Source: Bacteroidales bacterium (GTDB lineage: Bacteria; Bacteroidota; Bacteroidia; Bacteroidales; UBA4181). Taken from it: a DNA stretch of 64,000 nt. Below, piece after piece: positions 1 to 7,773 of the stretch. Numbering within the stretch: the first letter of the stretch is position 1; every line of letters starts with the position of its first letter. Below the pieces are notes generated by a model. That model was not told the DNA's origin and did not search any database. It saw only the letters and a program-made list of their open reading frames with translations. The stretch covers positions 7,367-71,366 of the forward strand of contig JAFWVY010000010.1 in NCBI GenBank assembly GCA_017523725.1, read 5' to 3'. The position numbers and the translations under genes are program-made.

Positions 1-466
1 TGGGACGGGTGTATTGCCGGACGGTCCGCGCCTGTACATAGAATCCCGGCAACTTGTGCATCTGTTCCTGCAGCACGGCGTACATCTCCGACGACATCTG
101 CTTGTAGAAGGCCGAGGCCTTGTACCAGGAGTAGCGTTTGGCAGCCGTCATGCGCTCCTCCACCTGCAGGGTGTCGATCTGCAGGATGGAACACAGGACG
201 GTGGTGTCGAACCCGCCGCGGGTCTGACGCGGCGTGACCATCAGGTCGTACGATGCCGCGTTGGTCACGATTTCGCGCCCTTTCCGGTCGAGAATCAGCC
301 CGCGCGACGGATAGAGGGTCACGTAACGCAGGGAATTATCCTTGGCTGAAGCAATGTACGAGTCGTCAATTACCTGGATGACGAACAGCCGGCATACGAA
401 GAGTACCGCTGTCAGCACAATGGCTGCGCCGATAACGTATTTCCGGGGGGACAGGGGCGATATCAT
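1..466 (-). CDS. mrdA: Penicillin-binding protein 2 (peptidoglycan D,D-transpeptidase MrdA), N-terminal part; the gene continues past the window start
   Basis: Absent from the ORF track because it runs off the window. My translation of the minus strand from ATG 466..464 gives MISPLSPRKYVIGAAIVLTAVLFVCRLFVIQVIDDSYIASAKDNSLRYVTLYPSRGLILDRKGREIVTN..., a membrane anchor followed by the start of a PBP2 dimerisation domain. It follows mreBCD and has an ATGA start/stop overlap with mreD. Confidence 0.75.
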   Translation of the reverse strand, partial: MISPLSPRKYVIGAAIVLTAVLFVCRLFVIQVIDDSYIASAKDNSLRYVTLYPSRGLILDRKGREIVTNAASYDLMVTPRQTRGGFDTTVLCSILQIDTLQVEERMTAAKRYSWYKASAFYKQMSSEMYAVLQEQMHKLPGFYVQARTVRQYTRP

Positions 467-969
467 GCGCTTTCCGAGAAGAGAATTTCACAGGCAAGGA
501 TGAACGCGACGGTCAGCACAGCGCTGCACATCGCACGGAGAAGCGCGGAAGGAAGGTCACCGAAATCGGCCGACTCTGCCATGAACAGACACAGGTGATG
601 GACAATCACCAGCGAGGCGGTGTAGTGGAAGAACCATTTGAATCCGGCCTTGCGCATCGACGGGAACCGGCCGCGGTCGTGTTCTGTCGCGGTGGCGCTC
701 TTCAGCATCAGGTACCGGACGTAGCCGGTGACGACACAGGCGAAGGCGTGCATGCCGAGGGTGCCCGAGAACAGGTCCACCACGATACCGGTCAGGAAAG
801 ACAGCAGCAACAGCAGCGACGGATGGATGCGGTATGGCAGGAAAAGGATGAACCAGACGTACACGTACGGATTGAAGTAACCGCCGATGTGGAGGTGGTT
901 CAGGACGACAACCTGGAACACCAGCAGGATGATAAAGCGGAACAGGATGGTACGCAGGTCCTTCAGCAT
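463..969 (-). CDS. mreD: Rod shape-determining protein MreD
   Basis: 168-aa polytopic hydrophobic protein directly after mreC. This is the conserved mreBCD-mrdA order. ATG confirmed at 969..967. Confidence 0.7.
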   Translation of the reverse strand: MLKDLRTILFRFIILLVFQVVVLNHLHIGGYFNPYVYVWFILFLPYRIHPSLLLLLSFLTGIVVDLFSGTLGMHAFACVVTGYVRYLMLKSATATEHDRGRFPSMRKAGFKWFFHYTASLVIVHHLCLFMAESADFGDLPSALLRAMCSAVLTVAFILACEILFSESA

Positions 970-971
970 GG

Positions 972-1799
972 CTAATTGTGCAGGTTATGTCCTGTTTCCA
1001 GGGCGTTCTGTTCGTCTTTGTACAGGTCTTTTATGACGGTCACATGGTACAGCTGCCTGAAAGAGGAAGCCAGCCGCACCCGGATGTTGTAGAAGTTCCC
1101 GTCGTCCTTGTCGAAGTCCTCGACCGTGCCGACCGGGGTTCCTTCGGGAAACATGGAGGAGAAACCGCTGCAGACGAGCGTGTCGCCGATGTGGACGGGG
1201 GCATGCAGCGGGATGTCGTTCAGGGTGGCGTAGTAGGGGCTCCGGCCGTCCCATACCAGCGATCCGAAAAACTGTGAGGTCAGGAACTTGGCGCTGACGC
1301 TGAAGTCGCGGTTGAGTACGGACAGCACGGTGGCGAAGTGCGGTGACGATGCGGTGACGATACCTACGATGCCGTCGGGCCCGATAACCGCCATGTCGGC
1401 CGTGATGCCGTCCAACTCTCCCCGGTTGAGCGTCAGATAGTTGTATTGCTTGGAGGTGGTATTCTGCACCACTTGCGCCGGAATGCAGAGATACTGCTGC
1501 CGGTAAAGCGTGTCGTAAATGGAGCGTACCCGTCCAAAGGTGTCGCCCGCCTGCAGCAGACGCGTGTGCAGGGAGGCGTTTTCTTCTGAGAGCCTGATGT
1601 TCTCCCGGTTCAGCGAGAGGTAGGCGGCCGTCTTCCGGACCGGCGCGTAAACAGACCCTTGCACCGTGTAAAAGGCATTCGCGAAATGGGTCCTCTGAAA
1701 ACTGTTGTGCTTGACAATCAGGAAGACCGATCCAGCAATCAACAGAATAAAGAGAATGAATGTCTGATACTTGAGAAGGAACCGGAAGAACGATTGCAT
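972..1799 (-). CDS. mreC: Rod shape-determining protein MreC
   Basis: 275 aa with an N-terminal membrane anchor, a coiled-coil region (LSLNRENIRLSEENASLHTRL) and a beta-rich C-terminal domain (GDTLVCSGFSSMFPEGTPVGTV). Lies 3 nt after mreB. Confidence 0.85.
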   Translation of the reverse strand: MQSFFRFLLKYQTFILFILLIAGSVFLIVKHNSFQRTHFANAFYTVQGSVYAPVRKTAAYLSLNRENIRLSEENASLHTRLLQAGDTFGRVRSIYDTLYRQQYLCIPAQVVQNTTSKQYNYLTLNRGELDGITADMAVIGPDGIVGIVTASSPHFATVLSVLNRDFSVSAKFLTSQFFGSLVWDGRSPYYATLNDIPLHAPVHIGDTLVCSGFSSMFPEGTPVGTVEDFDKDDGNFYNIRVRLASSFRQLYHVTVIKDLYKDEQNALETGHNLHN

Positions 1800-1802
1800 G
1801 TA

Positions 1803-2828
1803 CTAGCGCATTAAGAAAGAGAATTTCTCAATGTTGTTCAACGCAATACCGGTTCCGCGCGCCACGGCGTGCAGCGGATCGTCCGAAACCGTGAAGGCGA
1901 TGCCGAAGCGGTTGGTGAGCCGTTTGTCCAGGCCTCTGAGCAGGGCGCCTCCGCCGGTGAGGAAGATGCCGTGCTTGACGATGTCTGCGTACAACTCCGG
2001 CGGCGTGTGCTCGAGCACGTCCAGGATGGCGCTTTCGAGACGTCCGATGGATTTGTCGAGGCAGTGTGCGATTTCCTGATAGGATACCGGCACCTTGATG
2101 GGCAGACCGCTCATCAGGTTCGGGCCGTTGACCTCGTAGGGCTGCGGCGGATCCTCCAGGTTCTCCAGCACGGCGCCCACCTGGATCTTGATCTCTTCGG
2201 CCGTCCGGTCGCCGAGGCGGATGTTGTGCTCCTGACGCATATAGTCCTGCACGTCGGCCGTGAACACGTCACCGGCGTCCGTGATGGACCGCTTGTAAAC
2301 GATACCGCCCAAGGCAATGACGGCGATTTCGGACGTGCCGCCTCCGATGTCGATGATCATGGCACCTTCGGGCGCGGTGACGTCCACCCCGATACCGATG
2401 GCGGCAGCCATCGGCTCATAGATCATGTACACGTCGCGGCCGCCGGCATGCTCCGACGAGTCACGCACGGCGCGGATCTCGACTTCGGTACTGCCCGAAG
2501 GGATGCAGACCACCATCTTGAGGGACGGTGTGTACCACTTGCTGGGATTGACCAGCTTGATCATGCCGCGCAGCATCTGCTCCGCAGCGTCGAAGTTGGC
2601 GATAACGCCGTTGCGCAACGGGCGGATGGTTTTGATGTTGTCGGGCGCACGGCCTTCCATCAGGCGGGCCTGGCTGCCCAGGGCGATCATCTTGCCGGTG
2701 TTCTGGTCTATGGCGACAATCGACGGCTGGTCTACCACCACATTGTTGTTGTGCATAATGATGACATTGGCCGTGCCGAGGTCAATGGCGATTTCCTGCG
2801 TGAATGAGAACAATGAAAACAGTCCCAT
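1803..2828 (-). CDS. mreB: Rod shape-determining actin homologue MreB
   Basis: 341 aa with actin/Hsp70-fold motifs (IAIDLGTANV, IIDIGGGTSEIAVI, IFLTGGGALLRGLD). Confidence 0.97.
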   Translation of the reverse strand: MGLFSLFSFTQEIAIDLGTANVIIMHNNNVVVDQPSIVAIDQNTGKMIALGSQARLMEGRAPDNIKTIRPLRNGVIANFDAAEQMLRGMIKLVNPSKWYTPSLKMVVCIPSGSTEVEIRAVRDSSEHAGGRDVYMIYEPMAAAIGIGVDVTAPEGAMIIDIGGGTSEIAVIALGGIVYKRSITDAGDVFTADVQDYMRQEHNIRLGDRTAEEIKIQVGAVLENLEDPPQPYEVNGPNLMSGLPIKVPVSYQEIAHCLDKSIGRLESAILDVLEHTPPELYADIVKHGIFLTGGGALLRGLDKRLTNRFGIAFTVSDDPLHAVARGTGIALNNIEKFSFLMR

Positions 2829-2834
2829 GGTGTA

Positions 2835-4364
2835 TTAGTGTTTAAAGTGGCGGATGCCTGTACAAACCATCGCCATCTGATGTTGGTTGCAATAATCGAT
2901 AGATTCTCCGTCGCGGATGGAGCCGCCCGGATGGACGACCGCCGTGATGCCCGCATCGTGGGCGATGGCAACGCAGTCGGGGAACGGGAAATACGCATCG
3001 CTCGACATGACCGCACCTTTCAGGTCGAAGTTGAAACGGTGTGCTTTCTCGATGGCCTGCCGCAGGGCGTCCACCCGCGAGGTCTGGCCCATGCCGCTGC
3101 CGAGCAGCTGACGGTCCTTGACGAGAACGATGGCGTTCGACTTGGTGTGTTTCACCAGCCGGTTGGCGAACAGCAGGTCGGCGACCTGTGCCCCGGTCGG
3201 CGCAAGATCCGTGACCGTGCGCAGTTCTTCGGGCGTTTCCGTGTGGAGGTCTTTCTCCTGCACCACGACGCCGTTCAGCAGCGAACGGAATTGCATCTTG
3301 CCGCCCGGGAATCCTTTCTGCTGCAGCAGAATCCGGTTTTTCTTGACTTCCAGAATCTGAAGAGCTTCGTCCGAGAATCCGGGCGCAATGAGAATCTCGA
3401 AGAACAGGGCATTGATCTCCGTCGCCGTGGCCGCGTCGATGGGGCGGTTGGCTATGAAGACACCGCCGAAGGCCGACACCGGGTCGCCCGCCAGCGCTTT
3501 CTTCCATGCTTCGACCAGCACATCGTCCGAGGCGACGCCGCAGGCGTTGTTGTGCTTGAGGATGGCAAAGGTCGGAGCCTCGTTGAAGTCGGCGATGAGG
3601 CTGACGGCAGCATCGATGTCCACCAGGTTGTTGTAGGAGATTTCCTTGCCGTGCAGCTGGGTGAACAATTCGTCGAACGCCCCGTAGAATGCCCCGTGCT
3701 GGTGCGGATTCTCTCCGTAGCGCAGCGGTTTCTCGCCGGAGAGACTGCACTTGAATGCGGGCATGATGCCGTCGGCGTTGAAATAGTTGAAGATGGCCGA
3801 ATCATAATGCGACGATACTTCGAAAGCTGCGGCCGCGAACCGTTTCCGGTCTTCGAGCGAGGTCTCGCCGCCTTTTTCTTTCAGCAGGTTCAGCAGCGGC
3901 AGATATTCGCGCTTGGAGGGTACGATGACCACGTCCTGAAAATTCTTGGCCGCCGCCCGGATGAGCGAAATGCCGCCGATGTCGATTTTCTCGATGATGT
4001 CGGCATCGGATGCGCCGGCCGCCACGGTTTCCTCGAACGGATACAGGTCGACGATGACCAGGTCGATGGCCGGGATGTCGTATTCGGCGGCCTGGGCCAG
4101 GTCTTCCTTCATTTCCCTGCGGTACAGGATGCCTCCGAATATTTTGGGATGAAGCGTCTTGACACGTCCTCCGAAGATGGAGGGATAGCTGGTGACATCC
4201 TCGACGGCCGTGACGGGAATTCCCAGTCCGGCGATGAAATCGCGCGTTCCCCCCGTCGAGTATAAATCAACGTCCAGGTCGTGCAGCGTCTTGACGATAT
4301 CATCCAGGCGATCTTTGTGATAGACAGATATCAAAGCGGATTTTATTCTTCTTAAATCACTCAT
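2835..4364 (-). CDS. purH: Bifunctional AICAR transformylase / IMP cyclohydrolase PurH
   Basis: Start (M)SDLRRIKSALISVYHKD...LYSTGGT...LHPKIFGGIL and end ...VVHPGGSIRD...MVCTGIRHFKH. I place the start at ATG 4364 (MSDLRR), not the track start 4388. A TAnnTTTG box lies upstream. Confidence 0.95.
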   Translation of the reverse strand: MSDLRRIKSALISVYHKDRLDDIVKTLHDLDVDLYSTGGTRDFIAGLGIPVTAVEDVTSYPSIFGGRVKTLHPKIFGGILYRREMKEDLAQAAEYDIPAIDLVIVDLYPFEETVAAGASDADIIEKIDIGGISLIRAAAKNFQDVVIVPSKREYLPLLNLLKEKGGETSLEDRKRFAAAAFEVSSHYDSAIFNYFNADGIMPAFKCSLSGEKPLRYGENPHQHGAFYGAFDELFTQLHGKEISYNNLVDIDAAVSLIADFNEAPTFAILKHNNACGVASDDVLVEAWKKALAGDPVSAFGGVFIANRPIDAATATEINALFFEILIAPGFSDEALQILEVKKNRILLQQKGFPGGKMQFRSLLNGVVVQEKDLHTETPEELRTVTDLAPTGAQVADLLFANRLVKHTKSNAIVLVKDRQLLGSGMGQTSRVDALRQAIEKAHRFNFDLKGAVMSSDAYFPFPDCVAIAHDAGITAVVHPGGSIRDGESIDYCNQHQMAMVCTGIRHFKH

Positions 4365-4389
4365 TATCAGCATAGTTTGATTAACCATG

Positions 4390-4397
4390 CAAAGGTA
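4390..4397 (-). promoter_or_regulatory. Putative Bacteroidota sigma-A -7 box (TACCTTTG) for purH-mreBCD
   Basis: Plus strand reads caaaggta, which is TACCTTTG on the coding strand and matches TAnnTTTG. It ends 25 nt upstream of the purH ATG. Confidence 0.45.
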
Positions 4398-4420
4398 GTC
4401 AAAAGCGAAGAAAAAAGACG

Positions 4421-4452
4421 AAAAAAACGCCCCGAAAATGGAGCGTTTTTTT
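4421..4452 (-). terminator. Rho-independent terminator after the outer-membrane barrel gene (roughly symmetric, A-run/T-run on both sides)
   Basis: Sequence aaaaaaaCGCCCCgaaaatGGAGCGttttttt: a 6-bp stem with one mismatch, followed by T7 on the minus strand. Starts 26 nt after the stop at 4479. Confidence 0.6.
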
Positions 4453-4478
4453 CAACAATAAATCCGGTGAAGAAACGG

Positions 4479-6002
4479 CTACAGGTGCAGCCCGAGCGTG
4501 ACCGCGATGCGGTCGATGTCCGAAGATGTCCGGGCCTCGACGGCGGCGGCGTTGAAGTCGTTGTACAGCCAGATGTCTTCCTTGTTGAAATAGTGCTGAT
4601 AAGCGAAGTCAACGAAACCGATGTCCCCGCGGAAACCGAAACCGGCGGAGAGAATCTGCTGGTTGCGGTTCTTTCCGTTGCTGTAGGACGAATCGATGGG
4701 GTTGCCGATGTTGGCATAGCCGGCCCGCAGATAGGCGACCGGCGAAACGCGCAGTTCACCGCCGATGCGCAGGTTGCCGGTGGAGACGAACTGGTCGCGG
4801 GCTTTCTGCGTCACCTCCTTTGCATAGGTCGGATCGCCTGAGGCTTTCATCTTCGACCGGGAATAGTCAATGAACTCATAGTCGATGCTGATGATACCCG
4901 CGTTCGGGAAGATGTAGGCCCAGCTGGTGATGAACCGTCCCGGTGTGGTCATGTCGAAATCGAAATACGAGTCGGCATCGGTGTAGAAATTCAGCTCTCC
5001 ACTGGTGCTCGGCGAGGTATAGTAATTGGCCTTCATCGTCGTCAGTGCGGAAGAGGTCATGTCATACCAGGTCGGAGAATGGTACGCCAGACCCAGCCGC
5101 ATCTCGGGGATGGGACGGTAGATGGCGCCCAGTTTGAAGTTGACGCCCCAGCCTTCCATGATGAATTCGTCCGTCATGCGGTAATCTTTCAGGTACTGCG
5201 TGGCATTGCGCTGCTCGAAGTGATTGATGTACTCCTTGAAATAAACATCATGGAATCCGAGGGTCCCGCCGAAATACCATACGTCATCTACGTTGAAGCC
5301 CAGCGAGAAGTTGTATTCCTGTATTTCGCCCCTGCGGGAGATGGCCCGGGTCTGGTATTGTCCGTAGACGTCCAGCATGTCGTGGAAGTAGGGCATCGCA
5401 TCGGGGAACCCGGTCTGGGGGTTGGCACCGAAGAAATAGGCCGTGTCGAGGGCATAGACGTCGAAGGCCATCCCCTCGTACCGTCCCAGCGCGCTTGGCA
5501 TCAGCGGGTCCCAGTCGTTGTTGCCGACGGGGTTGTTGGCCGAATAGGCGAATTCATCCAGAATCGAGGACGTCGCCCGGTTGGAGGTGATGCTGATGTC
5601 CTGGTTGAAATCGGCGATGCGGGCATAGGACATTCCCATCGTCATGCTTTTCGTACGGCTCGGCGACAGATTCACAGTGGAGACAAAACCGAAACCGTTG
5701 AACGGGAAGTTCACTTTGGAATCGGTGTCGGTCTCTCCGTTCAGGGTCGCGTCGGTGTGGTTGATTGACAGCATGGGCGTGATGAGAAGTTCATCACCCC
5801 GGTAGGCGCCGATGCCGGCGGGATTCTGTCCCAAGACGGACATGTCGGCTCCCAGGGCACCGAATGCACCGCCCATGGACATGGCCCGTGCGGTACCGGT
5901 CGGATATCTTTGAGAGAGTCTCAGCAGGTCGGAAGAGCCTTGTGCAAGACAAACCGATGTCATGCCGAGCAGAAGGATGGAAGAGAGAACTCTGTTATAC
6001 AT
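4479..6002 (-). CDS. Outer-membrane beta-barrel protein, FadL/OmpP1/PorV-superfamily-like, substrate unknown
   Basis: Signal peptide MYNRVLSSILLLGMTSVCLAQG, then the superfamily N-terminal motif TARAMSMGGAFGALGADMSVLGQNPAGIG. Alternating aromatic/Gly-rich strands run through to the C-terminus. Confidence 0.7.
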   Translation of the reverse strand: MYNRVLSSILLLGMTSVCLAQGSSDLLRLSQRYPTGTARAMSMGGAFGALGADMSVLGQNPAGIGAYRGDELLITPMLSINHTDATLNGETDTDSKVNFPFNGFGFVSTVNLSPSRTKSMTMGMSYARIADFNQDISITSNRATSSILDEFAYSANNPVGNNDWDPLMPSALGRYEGMAFDVYALDTAYFFGANPQTGFPDAMPYFHDMLDVYGQYQTRAISRRGEIQEYNFSLGFNVDDVWYFGGTLGFHDVYFKEYINHFEQRNATQYLKDYRMTDEFIMEGWGVNFKLGAIYRPIPEMRLGLAYHSPTWYDMTSSALTTMKANYYTSPSTSGELNFYTDADSYFDFDMTTPGRFITSWAYIFPNAGIISIDYEFIDYSRSKMKASGDPTYAKEVTQKARDQFVSTGNLRIGGELRVSPVAYLRAGYANIGNPIDSSYSNGKNRNQQILSAGFGFRGDIGFVDFAYQHYFNKEDIWLYNDFNAAAVEARTSSDIDRIAVTLGLHL

Positions 6003-6020
6003 GGCGATTAGGGATTAAGG

Positions 6021-7688
6021 TTATCTTCTGGAAGAACTGCCGGAGGACGATGCTCCGCTGCGTGTGGCACCGCCGCCCGAGGAGAATCCGCCGCTTGATC
6101 CGAAGGACGGAGATGTGCTGAAGGACGGCGTAGAACTGTATGACGGGGCGCTGAAGGTAGAGCTCGACCGGGTGGAGGCAGAACTGCCGAAAGAGGATGC
6201 AGCCGAAGAACGCGTCGCGGCGGAAGAAGCGGAAGAAGCGGCAGATGAGCGGGTCGCCGCCGAAGAGGCCGCCGCGGAGGCGGCAGACCGGGTCGCCGAT
6301 CTTGTGGCGGTTGAACTGTTGTTGTTGCTGCTCTGCGTTGCGGTGCTCCTTGCGGCGCGCCGGGTGGCATTGCCGGAGGATTGCTGTTGCGGCTGCTGTA
6401 CGGCCGGCTGTGTATTGCGCTGCTGCACGGCCGGTTGTGTGCTGCTGCTCTGCGGAGCAGTCCTGGACTGCTGCTGTGCGGAGTTGACAGCCTCCCGGCG
6501 CGGGTTGGCGACAGGGGCGGTCCGCTCCGTGGACGGCGCGGTGTAGGTTCCGGCGCTGCCCTGCCGGGCCGGAACAGCCTGGTCGGCATTGCGGCTGATA
6601 TCGGTACGCGCTGCGCTCTGATTGTAGGTCTGGCCGCTTTGCGTACGGTTGTAGGTCTGTGTGGTGCCGGATCCCGCGGCTGCCTGAGCCTCGTTCAAGG
6701 CCTCACGGCGGGTCCGGGCCGTGCTCTGCGTGCCGCTTGCGGAGGCAGGTTGCGGGCTGCGGGCGGCAGGCGCCGCGCTGCCGGCACTGCTGCCTGTTCC
6801 TGCAGTTCCTGCGGTACGACGGGTCGCGGCCTGCTGTACCGGCACTCTGTCACCCGGCAGCGCAGCGTCCGCGACGTCGGCGGCTACGATGCGGCGGGAG
6901 ACGTTGTTCAGCGTATTCTCCCTGCGGGAGGCAGGTCCATAGGTCGTGTGGTCCGTCCGGGGTCTGGGCGGGTCGATGAACGCGATGACCGGTCTGTAGA
7001 ACGGGTCGTGGTAGAATCCTGTGGCATGGTAGAACAGTGGATCCCATCCCCAGCCCAGGTGAATGCTCCAGCGGGAACGGGGATAGAATCCCCATCCGGT
7101 GGAGTAACCGATGGAGAACCTGGGAGAAGCCCAGCTTCTGTAATAGTAGGGATCTCTGAAGAGATAGCCGTCGTACCAGGGATCGTAATACCACGGATCG
7201 TACCAGGGGTCGTAATACCACGGGTCATACCACGGATCGTCGTAATAGTAATAGTTGTTGACGACCGTGGTCTTGCCGGACTTGGCGGCGGAAGGAGTCT
7301 CTTCAACCGTGGCGGAAGGTCCGGAATAGTAGACGGAACCGTCGTCGGCATAGAACAGTTCGCCTCTGGTTTCGGAAGCCGTAGACTGATGGGCGGCCGT
7401 GCCGGAAACGGCACCGGAGGGCACCGTCGTCTGGGCGGATTCCTTCTCAAGGAGATAACGTTCATAGTCGCTCATCCCGTCTTCGTAACGGATGGCGGGT
7501 GCAGCCTCGGCAGGGGCTGCCGCACCGGAAACAGGCGGAGCCTGTACCACGGTCGTCGCGGGAGTGGCGGGCGCGGGCATGTAATACAGATCGTCGTTGA
7601 CATTCGCAGTGCTTCTCGCGTAGTCTGCAGACGTGCAGGCAGGCAGCATGGGCACAGCCAGCAAGAAAAGAATCATTTTTGCTCTCAT
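6021..7688 (-). CDS. Lipoprotein of unknown function: aromatic DPWY-repeat core plus a long Ser/Ala/Thr/Gln-rich low-complexity tail
   Basis: Lipoprotein signal MRAKMILFLLAVPMLPAC. YYYYDDPWYDPWYYDPWYDPWYYDPWYDGY, followed by a W/Y/G-rich segment. About 300 C-terminal residues of low complexity end in ...SSGGFSSGGGATRSGASSSGSSSRR. This is the only frame with a signal peptide and ATG, and the gene is co-oriented with the downstream barrel gene. Confidence 0.75.
   Translation of the reverse strand: MRAKMILFLLAVPMLPACTSADYARSTANVNDDLYYMPAPATPATTVVQAPPVSGAAAPAEAAPAIRYEDGMSDYERYLLEKESAQTTVPSGAVSGTAAHQSTASETRGELFYADDGSVYYSGPSATVEETPSAAKSGKTTVVNNYYYYDDPWYDPWYYDPWYDPWYYDPWYDGYLFRDPYYYRSWASPRFSIGYSTGWGFYPRSRWSIHLGWGWDPLFYHATGFYHDPFYRPVIAFIDPPRPRTDHTTYGPASRRENTLNNVSRRIVAADVADAALPGDRVPVQQAATRRTAGTAGTGSSAGSAAPAARSPQPASASGTQSTARTRREALNEAQAAAGSGTTQTYNRTQSGQTYNQSAARTDISRNADQAVPARQGSAGTYTAPSTERTAPVANPRREAVNSAQQQSRTAPQSSSTQPAVQQRNTQPAVQQPQQQSSGNATRRAARSTATQSSNNNSSTATRSATRSAASAAASSAATRSSAASSASSAATRSSAASSFGSSASTRSSSTFSAPSYSSTPSFSTSPSFGSSGGFSSGGGATRSGASSSGSSSRR
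7173..7239 (-). repeat. 27-bp tandem coding repeat (2 full units plus a partial unit) encoding DPWYDPWYY
   Basis: Units 7173..7199 and 7200..7226 differ at 2 positions (gtaccagggatcgtaataccacggatc versus gtaccaggggtcgtaataccacgggtc). A partial third unit runs to 7239. Confidence 0.8.
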
Positions 7689-7696
7689 GTCTTTGT

Positions 7697-7702
7697 CCTC
7701 CT
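7697..7702 (-). promoter_or_regulatory. Shine-Dalgarno-like AGGAGG 8 nt upstream of the lipoprotein ATG
   Basis: Plus strand cctcct at 7697..7702. The coding strand reads tatagaAGGAGGacaaagacATG. Confidence 0.35.
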
Positions 7703-7724
7703 TCTATAAACGTTGAAAAATATC

Positions 7725-7732
7725 TATTTTTG
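7725..7732 (+). promoter_or_regulatory. Putative -7 box (TATTTTTG) for proS
   Basis: Exact TAnnTTTG match ending 41 nt upstream of the proS ATG, within the AT-rich divergent intergenic region. Confidence 0.45.
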
Positions 7733-7773
7733 CGGTGTAAATGTAGCAAACAAATTTTATACCAAGTTAGATT

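Noticed and set aside
14-349. 111-aa plus-strand ORF at the window start
   Set aside because: It lies antisense to the clear PBP2 (mrdA) N-terminal coding sequence, which continues the mreBCD operon.
4365-4478. Possible ZTP (pfl) riboswitch upstream of purH, or folate/THF riboswitches near folD and folA
   Set aside because: The purH leader is only about 110 nt and is filled by the upstream terminator and a promoter box. I could not find the conserved ZTP core (GGGTCGTGAC...CCGCCTGGGC-like). folD and folA have spacers of about 10-20 nt and no leader.
6008-7709. Alternative-frame ORFs (6008..6589 minus, 6381..7709 plus, 6064..6546 plus and others) over the low-complexity lipoprotein gene
   Set aside because: Repetitive GC-rich triplet DNA is open in several frames. 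Only the 6021..7688 frame has an ATG preceded by a ribosome-binding site, a lipoprotein signal peptide and co-orientation with the downstream barrel gene.
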